A stretch of DNA of 64,000 nucleotides from Bugula neritina (taxonomy: Eukaryota > Animalia > Bryozoa): the NCBI GenBank assembly GCA_964035545.1, contig OZ037771.1:12461133-12525132 (forward strand). Direction: 5' to 3'. The notes below the pieces were generated by a model. The model was not told the DNA's origin and ran no database searches. It saw only the letters and a list, made by a program, of their open reading frames with translations. Made by a program: the position numbers and the translations under genes. Of this stretch, positions 55,366 through 64,000 are shown one piece after another (position 1 is the stretch's first letter; every line of letters starts with the position of its first letter).

Positions 55366-55830
55366 GGTTTAAGTGCAAATACTTTCAGTGAAAATGCTAT
55401 ACCTTTAGTTCTTCACAACTTACAGGGTGACTTATTTACTCTCTCCAACTGGATGATTGATGTTTTCTTGGCAAAACATCTTAGATAAATTTTAATGGAT
55501 AACATCTGTTATGTCACACATAGACTTCGAATGTACAATGTAAGTGTTAAAAAAGGTGTTTTAGTGCTGAGAAAAAATATTATATAATGCAATTAGAGGC
55601 CTACAAGCCTACTGTAGATACAATACAATATAATATAAATAATATATAATATAAATATCACTTAAATATAAATATATGAGTAATAGACAAATACTGGTTT
55701 TTAAGGTAATTTGACAGAATGAGAATACAGTTTGCATAAAAGTAATCAAACACCAATTAAAATTAAACAATTTTCTGAATATACAAAATCGCAATTCATA
55801 TCTGTCGTAGCTGCATAATCATATATTGTA

Positions 55831-57125
55831 GGGGTAACTGGGGGCACAACGGGTCGAGTTTTGCATTTGTTGCTCTCATTCGTCTGTTTTTCAAGTTACT
55901 AGTTCAATAATCTTTATTCTTAATGCTGCATCTGTTATCTATTAGAGGTACCAGTTTGTTGTTTCTATCTCTCTCACAACTTTCAGAATAATGAAATTTT
56001 CATGACGGAAAATTGGCCCATTGTGCCCCGGTACCGGGGTACAATGGGCCACTGGGTGGGACACAACAAATAAATTGAAACTTTGCGTATTTTGTTGCAT
56101 CTGATCTTTATCTATTTGATATTACAAATAAATAAAGATACTCTTTCAGATCTACAGCAAAATTCATGTTTTAGCTGTACAGTTTGTGCCACTATGAATA
56201 GCAGAGGAAGGCAAAATCAAACGCACATCACTCGGTTCTACAGTTCCATTATCATTACTGTTTAGAACTAAAAATGTTTTTTATTTTCACTTCAGAGGAA
56301 CTTTTATCAGAAAAAAAACTTTAGTAACATGTACTATAAAATTTTGAGTGGACTTTTTTCTCTGAACTGTAGCTAAGATGCATGGCTGAGGTTTGTGACT
56401 GAAGTACGGAAGGGAGAGGGGGGAGCAAATGAGCAAATCACAATTTATTTTAGTCAAATACATGTATATTCCCTCAATGGTGTAATATGTAATGAATATC
56501 ATGACTCTCTACTAGTAGCAACAGCAGAGTGTTTTGTATTATGTATAAAATTGCAAAGCTATAACCTCACCAGATGTATATATTAGGGAAGCTTCACCTT
56601 GTAGTTTTGTAGTCTTACCATGATGTCTTTGATATTTTACAAAAAAGGTCAGAAATGGCTATATCTATAGATTTTAGTAACATTTCAACCAACTTTTTGG
56701 GTAAACAAACTAATAACAGTGATCAGGGTGCAATAATCAGGTGGCCCATTGTGCCCCGTGTGGCCAAATTGAAAATAAATGTGCCTCAAGGAAAATTTAT
56801 TTTAGAGTTTGCTGTTATACTAGTTAAGCAATGTAGAGACAAGCAATGGCAACAATATTAGTAAAATATAGGCTTCTTGCCTTTGAGTGTAAAAAGTTAT
56901 AAAGCTTTAACGACATCCTAAAAGATTTACAAAAAGTAGGTAGGAATAGTTGTTTACTTGCCTTTTTAACACGTATGTTCAGCAAGTGTTGAAACTACAA
57001 AGGCTGAATAATTATGTCAATATCTTTTTATGAAAAAAAATCACAACTCTAGGTCAATAAGTTCTCTCACAATTTGGCCGGCTTTTTGTACCCCTAAGAC
57101 CGTTGTGCCCCCCCCCCCTTACTCC
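55831..57125. mobile_element. ~1.3-kb non-autonomous Tc1/mariner (pogo-like) element
   Basis: ta|ggggtaactgggggcacaacgg ... ccgttgtgccccc..cttactcc|ta; TA flanks; internal ggcccattgtgccccg repeats (~56015, ~56743). Confidence 0.7.
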
Positions 57126-57779
57126 TATTGTAGCATTTAGTAGCTATTAAGCTATTGGAGAAAAAGCTATGAAAAGCTTTCAGCTAAATAGTTAATGTTT
57201 GCTGTATATAATAAATTTTCACTCTCTCTGTGCATATCCAACTATAAAGTTCTCATGTCCTACACTCACAATAAAACACAATTCTGCACATATGTGATTA
57301 TTACATGCTGATATAATACTAACTTAAAGTATGGTCTGATGAAAAGTGAATAGTCATTGCATGGTTCAAGGCAATCTCCTACCAACATACTATTGTTGTT
57401 GCAAAACAAAAATGCCTATATTGATAAAGTATTTACAGGAATGGTCAAAATAGTTTTCTTGTTGTACTAAACTGTCAACATCTGTTTCATTACAATACTG
57501 CATTTAGCTAAACTCTTTCCATGGTTTTAAAACTTCATTGAGTCAGTCATTTTGGGTTTGGTTAATGTATTCGATTGGTTAACTAGAAGTCTAGCTAGCT
57601 AGAGAAATATGCATATGATATTTTATGTGCTTATTTGTTTGCTTTTTTATGTTTTGTATTTAATAATTAAAATTATAACAATATCTTACTCTAACCATTT
57701 ATTATCAACACCAGAAATCCATAGCAAGATATTACTACAGTAATACATTTTCATTTAATGGATCAATCCAAGAATCTTT

Positions 57780-59653
57780 TTAACCAACCACAACATCATT
57801 CACAGATTTTTCACACGCGTAGGCGTGTTTCTGATCACACCAATCATCATCCATCTGACCATTGCTGTAGATATTTATACACTCAGCAATGTTTCTCCGA
57901 TACCCGTAACCATTTGGCTCCCCTTTCCTCCAATCAAAATATGAGATTTTCCCCACTGCATCTGTGCTCTTATCTATCCAAAACCAGGTTCCTTCATACT
58001 TTCTTCCGCCAAACCACATGTACCTCACTTTTCTTAACACTAAACGATAATTGTGATCAGAAAATATAATAATTGCATAAAAAAGCCATTTTTGTGTTCT
58101 TTTAAAACATAATATATGAATAGTTATAATTGCATATAAATTACTATCAATAAAATGGTTTTGTTAGTAGTTTTATAAGCAATAGTTTTAAACATTATCA
58201 ATAATACTTTTGATAATAAAACATCACTAATAATTATAACGGTACTTGTAGTTATATAATATGCTTTAAGAGAGCACAAAACTGCTCTTTGGTTAAGAAT
58301 TAGAATTTAAGTATTCCATCTTTTTGAGTGATATATTGAAGTTTCCTCATATGTATAACTTCACCATCAGAGTGATATAGTGATGAGGCCAAATATTTGT
58401 GTTTAGCATCAATATTCTGATTTAAAAATTCTCAAAGTTTTTACAATTAAAACCAGAATTTATTTTGGTATTTTTACATCAAATGCCTGAAAAGTTTTGC
58501 ATGTATGAAATTAATGTAGATTTTGCTTCACAGGTAATTACTGCATCCATAGTTAAAGTGATTGTCAACTTTGTTGGTCATCACTTTTGTTTCTTGCATG
58601 GGTAGATTTGGTCGTTAACTGGAATGACTTTTTAAATGAGCTAAAGGTCTTGAGTGAACACAATGCATGATTCACCATTTCAAGCAGAAGGAGGAAAGAA
58701 TTGTTGCTGAATCGTGATTGGTTCACCTGAATATTGCTGCGTTGTGATTGGTTCACCTGAATGTTGCTGCATTGTGATTGGCTCACCTGAATGTTGCTGC
58801 ATTGTGATTGGCTCACCTGAATGTTGCTGCATTGTGATTGGCTCACCTGAATGTTGCTGCATTGTGATTGGCTCACCTGAATTAGTGCGAAATTGCTTCA
58901 TGATCTCATATTTAGCTTTAGTCTCCATGATAGCCAAAGCTCCACCCAGCTGTTTGCAAGCACTCTGGGCATCATCCCACGTCACCCTTGCTTGAGGGAA
59001 GAACTTGTAACATGTATCAGAAGGATTCCAGCTCCAACCAGGTTCACAGCTTCCTTTAAAATTACATATTAATTTGTAGAGACTGCTTCAAATGATCACT
59101 CGTCTTAATAAAGTTATGTAATACCTACTCCATATAAAAGTATACTAGTCTTACAGTAACAGTTTTTAACTACCATATAGAGAACACATATATGATAGCT
59201 AAAATGTGGTAATAGCTGCTACATATCTCTGGCATATATATAGGATGGTATAAATTTAATTAGGCTATGAAGTTGAAAACACAATTGCATTTAATTCCCA
59301 CTATAATTATATTAATTGTATTATCTGTACCCTATTATTCTATATTACAGTCCAATTAGTGTTTTAATTTAGTTCAATTAACTAACATAATTAATTACAA
59401 TTAAGTGACTCTTATTTAGTTGTGCTAATCGTATAGACTATAGTGTACTACTATAAAAAATTACAGCATATTGTATTACATAACCATCAAGTTGAGCCAT
59501 TAACTTAACGTCATGTAGTTATTCTCTCTCTTAGAAAGCAATCCTATCCTATTCCAAGAGCCCACAAGCCATTTAAAACCTACCTGCTGTGGCAGCAGCT
59601 AAAAATGCTGTCGCTACCGACAGGAAGAGAAGAGAAAAGCTGCCAACTATCAT
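57780..59653 (-). CDS. Secreted single-domain C-type lectin 2 (EPN/MDD)
   Basis: Exons 59653-59584 (signal peptide), 59053-58877, 58039-57780; CTLD cysteine pattern, WFGG, GEPN. Confidence 0.92.
58706..58880. repeat. 30-bp tandem repeat, 6 copies, containing the lectin 2 exon-2 donor
   Basis: Minus-strand unit TCAG|gtgagccaatcacaatgcagcaacat, which reads SGEPITMQQH in frame. Confidence 0.93.
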
Positions 59654-60386
59654 AGCTCTCAATACTGCAGTGAGTCGCACTGGGTATAATTGCATAGAAA
59701 AACCCAGCTTATCTAACTCTATCAGTCAGTATGCCTCTAAGCATGACGTTCTTTGGTGTGTCTTGTGTTTAGAAAACAGGTGTTTAGCTTCTCATAAATT
59801 ACTAAGTCAATGCGAGAGGTAATCAGAATAAAGATTGAAAGTAAAAGTTGAAGAATTTGAGCTAGATTATTTGCAGCATGAGCTGATTAGAAAAGCAAGT
59901 AGTAACCTACCTTGCACACGATACTATATAATATATAAATATGTCTGCACAATGCAGTGTCGTTGTGATTTTAACCCTACCTTATATGGGCATATTATAA
60001 TTCTCAATTGTTGCTTGTAGTATTTAACTTTTGCTCACTCATTTGTAATGCTTTATGTTTGAAAGTTTATTATGCTGCAATATTTTTTCTGCCTTAAAAA
60101 GCTCTGTTTTTACTCATTATGGTTGCCATACAAAGGAAACTTTATGGTATGTTTTACTACAACGGAGAATGCTGCTTGGATGGTCCATCCGCATTATATA
60201 ATGCAATTGTATGATTTATTCTATTTGATTTATGTTATTAATACAATTACAATAATAGTGGCTGCAATACTTATTTAGTTGAACTAATTATTATATATTA
60301 TTATTATATGGTATTGCAGTGTGTTTGGTTATATTTTTTGCATTAACTTATTTATTTTGTGAATTTGTTTGAAATCATTTTAACCA

Positions 60387-61851
60387 TCAGCCAACTACAA
60401 CTTTATTTGTTATGTCTGGGACAACGTCCTCCTCCCTCTCGCATGCAAACTCTAGCTTAGTTTCACAGTCTACGTCATTCATCAGCCCATCCTTTCCATA
60501 CAGACTTAAACACTCCCCGTCAGCTTCATCGTGCCCAACTCCATCTGGTTCTCCATCCGACCAATGAAAATCAGCCATGTGTTGAACAATCTCTAAATCA
60601 TGTACCATCCAGTACCAAACGCCATAAAACTTTCGGCCTCCAAACCACATGTCAGGAGTGCCTGTCAATTCTACAAACGAGCCGAGAAAATTCACTTGTT
60701 GAAGCTTTACAGTTCAATAACTAAATTTGCATTTAGTGAGAATTAATATAATATACATATTACATTTTAATATGATATTATATTGCATTTTTGTAATATA
60801 ATTTTATACGTTGGTGCACTTATTAATTATAATCTTATACTGCATTGTTGTAATATAATATAACATAGTGCATAGTTGTACATATAATACTAATACTATT
60901 GCAATATCACATATTATTGTACTATAGGGACACTGTATGACTCATACCAGAGCTAGTTCGGAGTTGTGTCATATTGGTCAGCTCATCAACTGTCTCTAAT
61001 AGAGCCAAAGATCCTCCATCCTTTTCGCAGACCTTCTGCGCTCCCTCCCAACTCTCTTTCTGGGCAGTGAAGAACTTATAGCATGTGTCAAACTGACTAG
61101 ACATCCATCCACTTTCTGATTCACATTTTGCTGTGCCTGTAAAACTAGTATGTGGCATGACAATGTTACCATTATAAGGAGTAACAATGTTACCATTATG
61201 AGGTGCAACAATGTTACCATTATGAGGTGCAACAATGTTACCATTTATGAGATAATAAACTTTTTCAATATGAGTAAAGTTTTCTTTATTTAAATTGCTC
61301 TTAATTAGCAATAATTGCTATTTACAAATTGTATAAAAGTTGTCTTATATTAGCAAAACCGTGCCATTATATAGTCAGGTTACATATAAAAGCTACATGA
61401 ATGGTATATAAAGTATACTAGTTTTAAATATATATATCATTTGATAAAACTTTTATAAGTTACACTGAACATCAAGCATGTATACTTGTAATTTTGTAAT
61501 TTTATACTTTTTGTATATACAAGGCATATTATAATATATAATAAATATATATATATATATATATACGCACGAGCACATGTGCTCGTGCGTATATATATAT
61601 ATATATATTATATTAAATAATTTATACTGTAAATTATTTTACATGAATCACTCAACATTAATGTAATATAAATTCAAAGTTGTATAAAATCACATATGTG
61701 ACTCGCTTATATAAGTTATTTGTATTATTCAGGCTAATTATTTACACAAATAAAGCAAATTATTATAATAAATCCTTATTTACTAACCTAACCCGATGAG
61801 GCCAGCCAAGATTAGCAGCACCAAAGTTTTCGACTGACTACTGTACACCAT
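60387..61851 (-). CDS. Secreted single-domain C-type lectin 3 (EPD/MND)
   Basis: Exons 61851-61788 (signal peptide), 61136-60948, 60670-60387. Confidence 0.9.
61158..61245. repeat. 24-bp tandem repeat (~3.5 copies) just upstream of the lectin 3 exon-2 acceptor
   Basis: acaatgttaccattatgaggtgca. Confidence 0.85.
61545..61608. repeat. Perfect palindrome: (TA)n-cgcacgagcacatgtgctcgtgcg-(TA)n
   Basis: Directly visible. Confidence 0.9.
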
Positions 61852-62280
61852 ACTGTAAGTAACTTTGCTTCATACTCATAGCCAGGAAACTTAAAAGGTT
61901 GTGATAAGAAAGGGGCATGTGCCCTACCTTCTATAGTATATTGCAGTAGAACTCCCTAAACATACATGCAGTGACATGTGACACATATCTCATGATATCA
62001 TATTGATAACTTTACATCCCTACAACTTACATCATGGACATCAGCTAGGGAATCTAACAAGTTTTACTGCAATATTGAATATTCATTAGTTATATATCTA
62101 TCAACATATTGCAAACCAAAAGTTTCTTATGATCTGTTGTAAAAATTTGCTTGCTTGAAAAAGACTTTTTGTGCATTACTTAGTTTTCATTTTTTATAGT
62201 GTAGGCAAATTTTGTAATTGCTCGTCTTATTTTGAATAAAACAATTATTGTTTAAATTATTAGCCAATTATATAATCAAT

Positions 62281-62282
<2 letters not shown>

Positions 62283-62350
<68 letters not shown>
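62283..62350. repeat. (TA)n microsatellite
   Basis: Directly visible. Confidence 0.97.
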
Positions 62351-62353
<3 letters not shown>

Positions 62354-63097
62354 ACTAATTCTATAGCCAGCATTATTTTCTGTAGTTGTTACTGCATGAG
62401 TGCTTACCACAAAACTTTCCTATTTATAGTGACACATATATAGATATGTTATATGATGCATGGTAATATTGACAACTTATCAAAGGTGCAATAACGACTC
62501 ATTACACAGCAAATAATATACATGGACAAGCTAGTCTTATATAAAAGATATTTTAATGGCGTTGGCTTTTAAAGATTTTGACTTAATGGTTGAACCCTCA
62601 ACTTTGCTATAAAATGACAAAGATATTATTTACATAAAAATTACTATTCTTCTTAAAACTATGGCCAAATTACAAATAGTGTTTGAAAGATTTTACATAA
62701 TTATAGACATGTGTATACGTACATTTTAAATATTTTATTGATAAACAAAACTATCCTGATATTTTCAACAACAGCTTGCATTTTATTACGAATTGCCATA
62801 AAAACACACAGTTTCGGCAAATATATGATGCATTTTACAATATGACTTAATGATACACATTCACAAATCAATAAACACCAATCATAAATAAACAAAGACA
62901 ACAAATGATATATATTCAATTCGAAATATGCATTTGTAGTGTTGAGTTTAGGTAGTAATCTATTGCAGTAATTATCTATACAACACAACAGCATTGACAA
63001 AATACGCAAGTACAATATGAAGTTACTGTTTACTTAGACTTGGTGTAAACCCATGGTAGTAAACCAAGTGGTAAACCCATGCAGCTAATTATCACGT

Positions 63098-63333
63098 TTA
63101 ATAACCATGAATTTCAATCTCATGAAGACCTAAGCTTGTTTTAGCATTAAACAGAATCTGAGCAAAGCGGCCACTGATTGGTTGATCACATGTAATCCGA
63201 GTGTAGTATCTGTTGAGATAACCATCAACATATTTACACAGAACTTCTCTGTTAGATCCAGTAAACTCTATATCTTCCTCTACCATAGCAACTGTTACTT
63301 CTGTGTTCTCCGATTTCTTGCTGGAAAGTGTAG
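63098..63333 (-). CDS. Terminal exon of an F-type lectin / galactose-binding-like domain protein (rest upstream)
   Basis: Acceptor ttttcag at 63334; 'LCKYVDG...ITCDQPISGRFAQILF...LGLHEIEIHGY*' resembles the fucolectin C-terminal C...GRYV.I...L.LCEVEV.G pattern. Confidence 0.7.
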
Positions 63334-64000
63334 CTGAAAATACATAACTCTTATAAACTAAATTTCAATTTGCATCACATTACAAATCTCTCAACACTAT
63401 GCCAAGATTTTAAATGACAGAAATTATTGTATTGTAAAAATTGCTTGTCTACATTATTTAGCCAAACAAAAACAATTTGACATAACTAGAAACGCCTTAA
63501 AAATTTATTTCTAAATATTTATTTAATATTTAGGTACTCTTTTGCCAGAGGCTAAATACTATATTCATATAAGAGAAAATCTATCCTAATTTAGTATAAT
63601 ATATTAGAATGAAACTCACACAAAGAAAACTCTTAATAAATACCTACAACAACCACATTAATATAGTAATTATGATAATAGAATTTAAACTTGTTAATAA
63701 AAGGTTTTGCATTTTACAAATCCTTTTTAAAGTAAACTATCAAAGCAGTTTGTAAATTTTTGTTGAGGCTGCCGTGTATAATATTTATTAAAGGGAAATT
63801 GTATTTAAATTATTAAAATATGATTGAGAAGTATGTCAGAAAAATATCATACTTTAAAAAAGGTTGCTGCTGGTAATTATGGTTATTATCAAAGCTAAAA
63901 CTTGAGTATAGTACATGTTTTATCAACAAAACTGCATAATACAATTGAATTTACATTTAAAACGATTTAAAATGTTGACAGCCCAGACACAGTGCACATC

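Overview
AT-rich, intron-rich animal DNA, probably a marine invertebrate (inference; taxon cannot be fixed from sequence). Gene models were built by hand from GT-AG junctions and intron phases, with no database searches. The window holds: (1) two paralogous + strand genes (1686-7337, 5' end outside the window; 46415-52685) with two RRM-like domains, a Pro/Tyr-motif linker and one degenerate macrodomain, i.e. PARP9/14-like but with no PARP catalytic domain; (2) a 17-exon - strand gene (24999-9086) for a secreted protein with two MAM domains, each interrupted by a nested ShKT domain on its own symmetric phase-1 exon, plus Thr-rich mucin exons; (3) a ~24-exon + strand gene (26662-42680) for a ~1200-aa acidic region/MSP domain/coiled coil/C-terminal TM protein, like a giant divergent VAP; (4) three tandem secreted C-type lectins (EPS, EPN, EPD motifs); (5) the last exon of an F-type-lectin-like gene. 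Non-coding content includes a tRNA-Thr-derived SINE family with TSDs, a second tRNA-like family, several MITEs, long microsatellites, and a recurrent pattern of tandem repeats that copy splice junctions. The most striking items are the ShKT-in-MAM nesting, the PARP-less RRM-macrodomain pair and the multiplied splice sites in the lectin genes.
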